Shown here in pieces: positions 47,227 through 55,674 of a DNA stretch of 64,000 bases (positions are counted from its first letter, which is position 1; each line of letters begins with the position of its first letter). The stretch lies in the NCBI GenBank assembly GCA_030695925.1, contig JAUYOH010000139.1, positions 15,142 to 79,141 on the forward strand. Direction: 5' to 3'. The translations under genes and the position numbers were made by a program. The notes beneath the pieces were generated by a model that did not search any database, had not been told where the DNA came from, and saw only the letters and a program-made list of their open reading frames with translations. The DNA comes from Candidatus Omnitrophota bacterium (GTDB taxonomy: Bacteria > Omnitrophota > Gorgyraeia > Pluralincolimonadales > Pluralincolimonadaceae).

Positions 47227-47792
47227 AAAAAGTCACAGTCTTGTTTTTGATTTGCCTTGCGTCTGTGGCGGGATTAGTCTCGTTCGCGACGGCGGCGATG
47301 ATGCCGGATTATATCTATCTATTTGATAAGAATAAGCCGGACCTGACCAATTGGAGGGATAAATTTGAAGATAACGCCTCCTCCAATGTCAAGATATTTT
47401 TGGAAGACTCTCCAGAAGGCAAAGTAGCGGTTATCGAGGGGCTTTCCGATAAGGAAAGTTTTGGCTGCGTCTATCAGGATGTTACCGTTGACGTAAATAA
47501 ATATCCTGTCCTGGAGATAGACGTCAATTCCGCTTCCAAGATGTGGTATATAATAATAGGTTGCGAAAACCTGAAAGACAAAGAGGTGGATTTTGACAAC
47601 AACAAGTTCGTAAGATTGCAATTTGATACCGACAGAGTCGGAAAGCATACTTATAATCTCAAGGCCTTGACCGGACTTTCCGGCGAACAGACCTTTCGCC
47701 TAAAAGTGGGCGTTGCCACGGGCGATGTCTATATTCCGGCGGTAGGGATAAAGATGGTATTCAGGAGCCTTAAGCTTGTCGGGACAAAATAG
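47223..47792 (+). CDS. Secreted protein of unknown function, paralogue family member 1
   Basis: 189 aa, ATGA overlap with the lacI-family gene. Signal peptide ...VSFATAA. Clearly homologous to residues ~30-175 of the 1578-aa protein (SFGCVYQDVTVDVNKYPVLEIDV vs SFGCIHKKLDVDFERYSYLEIEV; GKHTYNL vs GKFRYNL). Confidence 0.7.
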   Translation: MKKVTVLFLICLASVAGLVSFATAAMMPDYIYLFDKNKPDLTNWRDKFEDNASSNVKIFLEDSPEGKVAVIEGLSDKESFGCVYQDVTVDVNKYPVLEIDVNSASKMWYIIIGCENLKDKEVDFDNNKFVRLQFDTDRVGKHTYNLKALTGLSGEQTFRLKVGVATGDVYIPAVGIKMVFRSLKLVGTK

Positions 47793-47817
47793 AAACCAAG
47801 GAAAGGAAACGGGATAA

Positions 47818-48387
47818 ATGAAGATATCGATTGTAATCGCGATATCGCTTCTTCTGGTTGTCTTTGCGGTTGTCTCTTACGCCGATTCGATCGGATGGGG
47901 TTATGAGGATTGGGGGGCGGCTAATGCGGCACCCATAGGATGGGGCACATGGAATACAACTTTTGTCTCCAATGGGTTCGGACAAGACGGTCAAAGTACG
48001 GCTACCGTAACGGTAGGCAATATCAAGCCTTGGGGTAAGGTATTTTATTTTACGGGAGTTTCATCAAAAGCCATAGCCGGCGGCTTTAAATATCTCTATA
48101 TCAACACCTATGATATTAAGGGAGATATTCAGGTGGCTATTTCCGGCCCCAGCGATGCTGATTTTTATGATGTTACACCTCACTTGGTAAGCGGCAAGAC
48201 AGGTGATCCCCTTAAAAAGAGGGTATATTATCCCGGGCCTTATGTATTTGACTTGTCTGGTTGGAAGCCATTGCGTACCCACGCCAATGTATCGATTCAA
48301 CTGATCGGCGAGGGAGGGAAGGGAAAAAGCTTCACGATAAACCGTGTCTTCATCTCTGACTACAACCCTATGACTCAACCCAAATAA
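47818..48387 (+). CDS. Secreted protein of unknown function, paralogue family member 2
   Basis: 189 aa with signal peptide ...VVSYA. Weaker but co-linear similarity to member 1 (PWGKVFYFTGV...FKYLYINTYD...IQVAIS; SFTINRVFIS). Confidence 0.65.
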   Translation: MKISIVIAISLLLVVFAVVSYADSIGWGYEDWGAANAAPIGWGTWNTTFVSNGFGQDGQSTATVTVGNIKPWGKVFYFTGVSSKAIAGGFKYLYINTYDIKGDIQVAISGPSDADFYDVTPHLVSGKTGDPLKKRVYYPGPYVFDLSGWKPLRTHANVSIQLIGEGGKGKSFTINRVFISDYNPMTQPK

Positions 48388-48397
48388 TAAATTTCTA

Positions 48398-48438
48398 TTG
48401 ACAGAGAGATTTTTTGTAGTATAATTGAAGCGGTTCAA
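48398..48438 (+). promoter_or_regulatory. Sigma-70 promoter plus operator O3 (TTGAAGCGGTTCAA)
   Basis: TTGACA (48398-48403), 16-nt spacer, TATAAT (48420-48425). The operator at 48425-48438 overlaps the -10. Confidence 0.6.
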
Positions 48439-48462
48439 AAGTAAAAGGAGGTGGAACTGGCG

Positions 48463-49035
48463 ATGGGAAAGTTTTTATTGTTTTTAGCGGTAGTGGCCGG
48501 ACTTGTTTTATCGACTCAGATCGCCGGAGCGGAGACGATCTGGTCCGAGGATTTCTCGGATGTCAGCGATTGGGGCGTTGTTTTTGATCCGGGCGGCGGT
48601 TCAGTCATCAAGCGTTCTAATGGTCTGGATAGCATGCAGTCGGACAGCAATCCGGCCCATATGGCAGCGCTATATGTTGACAAAGAGCATGCCCAAGCTG
48701 CTTTTTCACCCAATCCGGTAGGTTCCAACTTTATTCCATTTGATCCGGCAAAGAAATCGGAATACACTCTAAAATGGAAAGTCGACAGACTTACAACGTC
48801 AGTCAGCTGGGATATCGCCATAGACGAATTTAACGCAAATAAAAAATATATAAACACTATTTGGAGCATATGTACCGCGAACAATGAGGCAGGAAAAGAA
48901 TTTTCAAAGAATTTGGGTAATAAGGGGTGGAGCGCAAGCACCAAATACGTAATACCAAAGATAAGTCTTCACAGCGGTGATGCCGCCCAGACAGCCTATC
49001 TATCTTATATGAGCCTAGAGAAGGCTTCAAAGTAA
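48463..49035 (+). CDS. Secreted protein of unknown function, paralogue family member 3
   Basis: ATG at 48463 (MGKFLLFLAVVAGLVLSTQIAGA). The track GTG at 48451 lies inside the AAGGAGG RBS. Mature N-terminus ETIWSEDFSDVSDWG parallels member 4 (ATVWTADFSNVTGWS). Confidence 0.65.
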   Translation: MGKFLLFLAVVAGLVLSTQIAGAETIWSEDFSDVSDWGVVFDPGGGSVIKRSNGLDSMQSDSNPAHMAALYVDKEHAQAAFSPNPVGSNFIPFDPAKKSEYTLKWKVDRLTTSVSWDIAIDEFNANKKYINTIWSICTANNEAGKEFSKNLGNKGWSASTKYVIPKISLHSGDAAQTAYLSYMSLEKASK

Positions 49036-49081
49036 CAAGCGGTATTGCAATAATATCCTCAATAAAAGCAAAAGATTACCA

Positions 49082-49181
49082 TTGACAAGTACCTAGGATA
49101 TGGTACAATCTAATATTGAAACGCTTCAAATAATAAAACAGCTTGCTTATTTTTTTGGCCTACCTAATTGAAGCGATTCAA
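49082..49181 (+). promoter_or_regulatory. Sigma-70 promoter plus operators O4 (TTGAAACGCTTCAA) and O5 (TTGAAGCGATTCAA)
   Basis: TTGACA (49082-49087), 16-nt spacer, TACAAT (49104-49109). O4 at 49116-49129, O5 at 49168-49181, both upstream of the PEP-CTERM gene. Confidence 0.6.
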
Positions 49182-49216
49182 AACCAATTAAACTAAATCA
49201 GAGAGGGGGTGAAACA

Positions 49217-49777
49217 ATGAAAAAATTACTTATACTCGCAGTGATAGCGCTTGGCATTCTAGTCGTAAATCCCTCTATGGCTTCAGCAACCGTTTGGACA
49301 GCGGATTTTAGCAACGTAACTGGTTGGTCACCTGCCGAAGGAGCGACTTTTACCAGCGATGGTTCAGCGGCTAAATTAGAGGATACTGCCGATGGTTCAG
49401 GTGTGGCAACTTGGGCTGGGACTCACGTTGATTATCAGGCCGGTGACCTTATCACTTTGGTCGTGTCCGGTGTTCATAATGCTCCTGTTAACGATACCTA
49501 TTGGAGGCTTAGCATCCATCAGTTTGACATCGCCAATGTGTATCTAGGTGAATTGGAATTGTTGCCTTACTCGCATTCTACAGGCACCTTTTCCAGTAGT
49601 TTTGCTGGTCTCAATGCCAGTACCGTTAAGTATGATCCGTCACTGAGAATTAGTACAATCAGTGGGACAGGCGATGCTACGTTTGACAACTTATCTGTTG
49701 TTCCGGAACCGGCAAGCCTGCTTCTTCTTGGAAGTGGTTTGTTAGGTCTAATTAGCGTTTCTCGCAAGAGAAAATAA
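49217..49777 (+). CDS. PEP-CTERM-anchored secreted protein, paralogue family member 4
   Basis: 186 aa with signal peptide ...PSMASA. C-terminal VPEP-ASLLLLGSGLLGLISV-SRKRK (nt 49700-49774) is a textbook PEP-CTERM sorting signal. Confidence 0.75.
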   Translation: MKKLLILAVIALGILVVNPSMASATVWTADFSNVTGWSPAEGATFTSDGSAAKLEDTADGSGVATWAGTHVDYQAGDLITLVVSGVHNAPVNDTYWRLSIHQFDIANVYLGELELLPYSHSTGTFSSSFAGLNASTVKYDPSLRISTISGTGDATFDNLSVVPEPASLLLLGSGLLGLISVSRKRK

Positions 49778-49792
49778 GCAGTTGTTTTAATG

Positions 49793-49844
49793 AGACAGGA
49801 GTTAGAAAAAGGATAAATCCCGATTTTGACTCCTGTCTTTTTTA
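49793..49844 (+). terminator. Rho-independent terminator after the PEP-CTERM gene
   Basis: AGACAGGAGT (49793-49802) pairs with ACTCCTGTCT (49829-49838). The loop is large (26 nt). Followed by TTTTTT. Confidence 0.55.
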
Positions 49845-49859
49845 ATCTGACATTTGCCC

Positions 49860-49888
49860 TTGACGAAAATCGAAATTCCTGATAAAGT
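49860..49888 (+). promoter_or_regulatory. Candidate sigma-70 promoter of the giant-protein operon
   Basis: TTGACG (49860-49865), 17-nt spacer, TAAAGT (49883-49888). No TTGAA-N4-TTCAA operator is seen here. Confidence 0.35.
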
Positions 49889-49924
49889 TAAGTTGTTTTT
49901 TCCGCCTCGATGAAGGAGGAGTAA

Positions 49925-52900
49925 TTGAGAATAAAGATCGTCCTTTTGGTATTAATAACGCTGAGTTTTTGCGGCATCAGCGGCATTGTTAATGCCGAAG
50001 ACAAAGAATCCTACCTCGATGTCTTTACCCCCGAAAAATCCGATCTGGGAACGTGGGCCTACGGCTGGGCGAACGAACCCGATGAAATCAATGCAGAGGT
50101 CGTCAACGGCGAGGCAGTCATTACCGGCGAGAGGCAAGACCAGAGTTTCGGTTGTATCCACAAGAAATTAGATGTCGATTTTGAGAGGTATTCTTATTTA
50201 GAGATCGAAGTGACGAGGGTCACTGACAGCTGGTATGTTATCTTCAGCAGCCCGGAATTCGAGAACGGGTTTGCGAGGATACAATCCGATACCAAAAAGA
50301 CCGGAAAATTCAGGTATAACCTGTGGGATTATCCGCAGCTTAAGGGGCAGGCGGAGTTTGATATCCAAATCGGAGTCAGTGCCCCGAATAAAAAGGGGCA
50401 AAAGGGCGCGCAAGTCGTCTTTAAGAACCTGCGTTTTATCGACGTCGGCGCAAAGAGGCCTCCGAGAGGCCCTAAGCTGGCCAAGCATGACCTGCCTTCG
50501 CCCATACCGCTAAGCAAGACCGAAAGGCCGCAGCCCGTAATCTCCAAGATCGCCCCTTTGCCATCGAAGGCTAAAGAGGCAGAACCCGTTGCGCCCGCCG
50601 TAAAAAAAAATATCTTTGAGGTCTTCGCAAGAGAAGAATCGCCTGTAAATCTAACATCTTCCGCGCCGGTTTTCGATGATACGGATAAAGACACAATAAC
50701 TATCGAGAACGATTGTTATAAGATAGTCTTTAGCAAGAAGAACGGCGCGTTAGTCGCAATAGAAGACAAGATAAATAGTGGAACGGTCTGCGCGGGTTCA
50801 GTCGGTGGGCAGTTATGGCGCCTTAATTTTTATAAAAGAAAGAGCATAACCAATAAAGATTTCAGCGCCGGTTCCCAAGAGAGGCCTTTTGAGTATAAAT
50901 GGCAGAAATCAAAAGGAGAGCTCTCGTTCTTATATCAGGACAAGACATCAGGTTTCCTGCTTAAGATAAAGGCACTCGCCTCAAAAAAAAACTATCTTGA
51001 CTTCCAGGTAGAGATAGAGAACGCCTACGAAGAACCCGCCATACTCCTTAACTTTCCCGAAGGCCTCAGCTTTAAACTCGAAAAATTAAGACAAGCCATC
51101 TTCCCTTTCAGGGGAGGCCTGGCCTTAAAGCCAGGTTTTTTTTTAGAGAGACGCTACATATCTGAATCCCAATATCTCTTTAGCGATTACTTTGCCGCAG
51201 AATTCGAGAAGAGTAATTTCTCTTTATATACCATCCAAAATCCGTCGCGCTGGACAGAAGCAACAATGTCGGTCGGTTATGATTCGTATCAGGGCGGTGT
51301 CGGATTCTATACCTACGCTCAGGCTACTTATATCCAGAAATCCAACAAGAAGACCGGTTCTTCAGGTTATTGGTCCAGCCCCGTCATAAGGATGCGTATC
51401 GCCGAGCCGGTTAAAGAGAGTATCCGGCATTATGCTCAAGATAACGGCTTCGACGAGATACCCGACCTTAATAAAAGGATCGACAAGGGCCTTTTTGATA
51501 AACTCTCCAAATCGGTCTTATTGAAATTCGACTTCAGCTGGATAGGCCAAAAATTCAGCGAGGTATCTGAATTCATCAAGACGCTTCCTTCGCCTACCCT
51601 TGTGCATATGGTTACTTTCTGGGAAAAAGGATTTGATAAGAACTATCCCGATTACCTGCCGCCCAATAAACAGTTCGGGACGCAGGAAGACCTAAAAAAT
51701 TTAGTCGCGGTGGCGCACGGCGAAGGACATCTGGTCATGCCCTACACTAACCCGACATGGTGGAACGAGAGCAAGACATTAGAGGCGCTTGGGGCAGAGA
51801 AGATCGCTGTAATAAAATTAGACGGGCACATCCATGATGAATACTATTGGGGGAAGAACTGGGGGGTAATCACAAGTCCGCATAATCCCGAAGTCATTAA
51901 AAGAACGCAACAGACCGTGCGGGAATTTAAGTATGACATACCCTGCGATATATTGTTTGAGGACCAGTTAGGAGCGAGGCCATGGCAATATGACCTGAAT
52001 CCGAAGGCAAGGGACCCGGTCCTTTACAAACAGGGGCTTATAGATTTCGCGAAGAGGGACTCAAAACAGATCCCTGTAATGTGCGAGGGCGGGTTTGACG
52101 GGCTTATGCCCTACGTTATCGCCTTCAGCGATATGGCGGTTAATAACTCGCTTCCGCCGGACAAGGTATTTAATAACTGGTACGGCGAGGGGAACTGGGA
52201 GACATTCCCTTACGCCTTATACGTAGCGCACGATAAGAACGGGTTTTATCAGCATAACCTCGCCCACGAAGTCTTTACGGACGCCAAGGACAAACTTATG
52301 TGGAATGTCGCATACGGGCATAATTTCACGCAGGGCTATTGGCCGAAGGAGTGGGAGAAGAGCCAGAAGAGATGGTTCTATATAGATGACGCTTTTCAGA
52401 AGAGCGTGGCTTCGCGGTATTTCGGCAAGAAATTGACGGATTTCCAAAGTCTTGACGGCAGAGTCACATTTAGCCGTTTCGAGGATATCGCCATAGTGGC
52501 GAATCATTCAAAGTCTAAGCCCTATCGTATAGAAAATTATATTATACCTCCGGAAGGGTTTCTCGCCGAGTCCGAGGGCGGCAATCTGGTCGCCGGAATG
52601 TTCAAGGTATTCAACGACGACCTATTGGCGGGCGAGCATTATATCATCGTAGAAAACCTGCCCAATAAAATAATAGTCAAGCAGCCGGATCCGAAGAGCA
52701 CTTTAATAAACGTTAAAAGGCCCGTTGATTGGAAAGAGGCCTCCGGGATAAAAATATCCTGCGCCGAAGGAGCCGTTCCCGCTGCTGTGACCGAAGACAA
52801 AATAACATTTCTTTATAACAGCCAAGAAATAGACAGCGAATATCTCATAGAATACGCCTCTCCGAAAGAAGACATAGAGTTAACTATATTGCCTGAGAAA

Positions 52901-54661
52901 AGATATGCCGGCTTAGGCGAGAACCTTAAGGTCAGTCTTGCCGCCAAGAACTTAAGCGGCGCATCGCTTAAAGAAGGAAAATTGGCTTTAAGCGTATGGC
53001 TTGTCCATGCCGCAGGGCCGGTTCCGGATATGTGGGCAGGTTATCTGGGGGATAGCGGGAACACCACCCAAATGAGCGAGATTTTTTATTCGCTTGACCC
53101 CGGCTCTCAGGTTGCCGCGGATTTCACTGTTCCGCTTCCGGAAAAGATAAAAGAGGGGGACGTGGTCTGGCTTAAGGGAGAGATAATCTACGGCCAGGAT
53201 TCCGCGAGAAAGATGAAGCAGATCCAGACGAAGGTCAATATAATACCAAAGGCGATAGAGATTCAGGTTGAGCCGATAGAGATCCTCATCTATCCCGATG
53301 TCAAGAGACAGATCGAGATCAGGATAAAGAATAACGAGGCCGGATCCCTTAAGGGAGAAATTAAGCTCGAGACCGATTTACCCAAAGGCGCGGCAGGCAA
53401 GGAGACTATACCCTTTTCACTTGAGCCGCTGGAAGAAAAGAGCATTTTTACGAACTTACTTGTCATGGCATCTGAAGCAGGCAAGGATTATAAGTTGACC
53501 GCTAAAATAAGATTGAATAATGTGGACTATTCTTCCGAAGCCTGCTCTATCAAAGCCAGAGAGGCGATACCCGAGATAGACTTGGGCCCGCAAAATGTCC
53601 TCGTCCTGGGCAAGAAACAGTCTTTATCTGTCGGTATAAAGGCTCACAAGGAAGTGCCGCTTAACGGCTGGTTGACTCTTAATATACCTCAGGGCTGGGA
53701 GATAACACCGCAGAAGCGGCTCTTGGAATTAGCTCCCGGCGAATATAAAAAGTTTGATTTTATCGTTACCCCTAATTCAAAAGGAGAGACTGATATAACC
53801 GCGGCCATAACCGTCTCAGGAGGAGCCGTTATCAAAGCGAAGGAACCGTTTAAGGTGATCGCCGGGAATAGAGAGGCGGCTTTGGTTGAATCAGACATCA
53901 ATGGGGACGGTTATATGGATATTGTGTTGGCGAACGCTTTAATAGAAGCCCAGGCGACAGAGGCAGTTGGCGGCAGGATCCTTTCTTTCTTTGTCAAGGA
54001 GACAGGTAACGATGAACTATACTCCGCGTATTCACAACTGCCGAAAGCAGGACAGCCGAAGGACTGGGTCGAATACGGGGGGATAAACGACTGGTTCCCT
54101 GAAGGATGGCCGGGTGAGGTCTGGGGAAATAAGTGGCAATATGAAGTAAGAGAAAGGGGACCCGAAGAGGTCTCGGTCAGAATGTGGACCGAGACGGAGA
54201 ATAAATTATATATCGAAAGGACTATGACATTACGGGCTGACTCCTCATCTTTAAAGTTAAGATACAAGATCAAGAACAACTCGGATAAAGAACAAGGGTT
54301 CATATGGGCGAACCATCCCGATCTGGCATGTGGCCCGTTCGACGCGACCGAGGAGAACCAAGCAGTGATTCCCGTCAAAGGCAAGGGCCTTGTAACACAG
54401 GATTACGGCAAGAGTATGAGCAAGACCGAGTATATACCGGACGGAGATCGGATCTTGGGATATGATAAGGCCAGCAACGAATATTTTATGCAGGAGTTTG
54501 ATAAGGATTTAATTGATAAAGTCGGCGTCTGGGAAGGCATCGGTTTTTATACTATGGAGTTGATATTTAAACCCCGGAAACTGAGGCCTCAGGAGGAATT
54601 TGACTTCGAAGTAAGATATAGCGCTGGGAAAGAAGACCCGCAAGATTTATTGAAAAGATGA
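49925..54661 (+). CDS. 1578-aa secreted multidomain protein (family module + glycoside-hydrolase-like core + beta-sandwich repeats + mutarotase-like C-terminus)
   Basis: TTG start 5 nt after AAGGAGG, with the signal peptide beginning at residue 1 (MRIKIVLLVLITLSFCGISGIVNA). Its N-module is homologous to the 47223 ORF and is followed by a Pro-rich linker. The central region is paralogous to the 62088 ORF. Downstream are NEW3/CARDB-like repeats (LNIPQGWEITP...LAPGE...FDFIVTP) and a DINGDGYMD motif. Confidence 0.8.
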   Translation: MRIKIVLLVLITLSFCGISGIVNAEDKESYLDVFTPEKSDLGTWAYGWANEPDEINAEVVNGEAVITGERQDQSFGCIHKKLDVDFERYSYLEIEVTRVTDSWYVIFSSPEFENGFARIQSDTKKTGKFRYNLWDYPQLKGQAEFDIQIGVSAPNKKGQKGAQVVFKNLRFIDVGAKRPPRGPKLAKHDLPSPIPLSKTERPQPVISKIAPLPSKAKEAEPVAPAVKKNIFEVFAREESPVNLTSSAPVFDDTDKDTITIENDCYKIVFSKKNGALVAIEDKINSGTVCAGSVGGQLWRLNFYKRKSITNKDFSAGSQERPFEYKWQKSKGELSFLYQDKTSGFLLKIKALASKKNYLDFQVEIENAYEEPAILLNFPEGLSFKLEKLRQAIFPFRGGLALKPGFFLERRYISESQYLFSDYFAAEFEKSNFSLYTIQNPSRWTEATMSVGYDSYQGGVGFYTYAQATYIQKSNKKTGSSGYWSSPVIRMRIAEPVKESIRHYAQDNGFDEIPDLNKRIDKGLFDKLSKSVLLKFDFSWIGQKFSEVSEFIKTLPSPTLVHMVTFWEKGFDKNYPDYLPPNKQFGTQEDLKNLVAVAHGEGHLVMPYTNPTWWNESKTLEALGAEKIAVIKLDGHIHDEYYWGKNWGVITSPHNPEVIKRTQQTVREFKYDIPCDILFEDQLGARPWQYDLNPKARDPVLYKQGLIDFAKRDSKQIPVMCEGGFDGLMPYVIAFSDMAVNNSLPPDKVFNNWYGEGNWETFPYALYVAHDKNGFYQHNLAHEVFTDAKDKLMWNVAYGHNFTQGYWPKEWEKSQKRWFYIDDAFQKSVASRYFGKKLTDFQSLDGRVTFSRFEDIAIVANHSKSKPYRIENYIIPPEGFLAESEGGNLVAGMFKVFNDDLLAGEHYIIVENLPNKIIVKQPDPKSTLINVKRPVDWKEASGIKISCAEGAVPAAVTEDKITFLYNSQEIDSEYLIEYASPKEDIELTILPEKRYAGLGENLKVSLAAKNLSGASLKEGKLALSVWLVHAAGPVPDMWAGYLGDSGNTTQMSEIFYSLDPGSQVAADFTVPLPEKIKEGDVVWLKGEIIYGQDSARKMKQIQTKVNIIPKAIEIQVEPIEILIYPDVKRQIEIRIKNNEAGSLKGEIKLETDLPKGAAGKETIPFSLEPLEEKSIFTNLLVMASEAGKDYKLTAKIRLNNVDYSSEACSIKAREAIPEIDLGPQNVLVLGKKQSLSVGIKAHKEVPLNGWLTLNIPQGWEITPQKRLLELAPGEYKKFDFIVTPNSKGETDITAAITVSGGAVIKAKEPFKVIAGNREAALVESDINGDGYMDIVLANALIEAQATEAVGGRILSFFVKETGNDELYSAYSQLPKAGQPKDWVEYGGINDWFPEGWPGEVWGNKWQYEVRERGPEEVSVRMWTETENKLYIERTMTLRADSSSLKLRYKIKNNSDKEQGFIWANHPDLACGPFDATEENQAVIPVKGKGLVTQDYGKSMSKTEYIPDGDRILGYDKASNEYFMQEFDKDLIDKVGVWEGIGFYTMELIFKPRKLRPQEEFDFEVRYSAGKEDPQDLLKR

Positions 54662-55674
54662 AGCTAAAAAAATACGCTGACAACCCCATCCTGAAACCTG
54701 CGAAGGAAGGAAACTGGGAGAGGCATGCCGTATGTAATCCCGGGGCCTATTACGACAAGGGCAAGGTCTACATGCTCTACAGGGCTTCGGCTGAGACGGA
54801 CATATACCGCATCTATATGGGCCTCGCCATAAGCGAGGACGGTCTTCATTTCAAGAGAGCGTCTAACAAGCCCATCTATACTCCGACATATCTGTTTGAA
54901 GCCGGGGGCGTTGAGGACCCCCGTATCGTAAAATTCGGCGGCTACTATTATATTACATACGCCTGCAGGGCCGTTCCCTATACGATGTTTGTCATGGGCA
55001 AAGGGCCTGAGTATTCCGAGAACGCGCCAAAGAGCCTGAAGGAGAACCTGACCCGCACAGGCCTTTTGCGCACAAAGGATTTCAGGAATTTCGAATGTTT
55101 GGGCGCCATCTCCCGGGATGACGTAGATGACCGCGATGTAGTGATATTTCCGGAAAAAATTAAGGGCAAATATGTAATGCTCCACAGGCCCGCAGAATGG
55201 ATTGGGCCGAAATATGGTTGCGCAAAACCAAGCATATGGATGACTTTTTCCAACTCGTTGACCAGATGGGGAGAAAAGAGCCTGATCTTGGCTCAGCCTG
55301 ACCCCGAAATCCCCTGGCAGGAGAAGAAGATCGGTGCAAGCACTCCTCCTATCAAGACAAAGTACGGATGGCTGCTTATGTATCACGGCGTTGAGGGTGA
55401 CAAACCCGGACGGTATTACCGGCAAGGAGTTATGATGCTGGACCTCAAAGACCCGCGCAAGATCGTCTCCCGGCCGAGGGATTTCATACTGGAACCAACC
55501 GAGCCCTTCGAGAAAGAGGGAGTGGAAGAGAACGTGGTCTTTGCCGTAGGTAACGTCGTCATCGGCAAAGAGTATTTTTGCTATTACGGCGGCGCGGACA
55601 AAGTCATATGCGCGGCCACGGCGAAACTGCAAGACCTCGTGGATTTCGCGATGTCAGCCCCGGTTAAGAGATGA
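54658..55674 (+). CDS. GH130-family glycoside phosphorylase (beta-mannoside phosphorylase-like)
   Basis: 338 aa, ATGA overlap with the giant ORF. NPGAYYDKGKVYMLYRA, GVEDPRIVKFGGYYYITY and DRDVVIFPEKIKGKYVMLHRP match GH130/DUF377 signatures. Confidence 0.8.
   Translation: MKLKKYADNPILKPAKEGNWERHAVCNPGAYYDKGKVYMLYRASAETDIYRIYMGLAISEDGLHFKRASNKPIYTPTYLFEAGGVEDPRIVKFGGYYYITYACRAVPYTMFVMGKGPEYSENAPKSLKENLTRTGLLRTKDFRNFECLGAISRDDVDDRDVVIFPEKIKGKYVMLHRPAEWIGPKYGCAKPSIWMTFSNSLTRWGEKSLILAQPDPEIPWQEKKIGASTPPIKTKYGWLLMYHGVEGDKPGRYYRQGVMMLDLKDPRKIVSRPRDFILEPTEPFEKEGVEENVVFAVGNVVIGKEYFCYYGGADKVICAATAKLQDLVDFAMSAPVKR

Noticed and set aside
49910-49924. Mini-ORF ATG-AAG-GAG-GAG-TAA immediately before the TTG start of the giant gene.
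   Set aside because: Its sequence is simply the Shine-Dalgarno element of the giant gene. There is no independent RBS, so it is most likely coincidental.
54664-55632. 322-aa minus-strand ORF.
   Set aside because: It mirrors the GH130 gene end to end. GH130 has clear family motifs and is translationally coupled to its neighbours, whereas the antisense product has no recognisable features.
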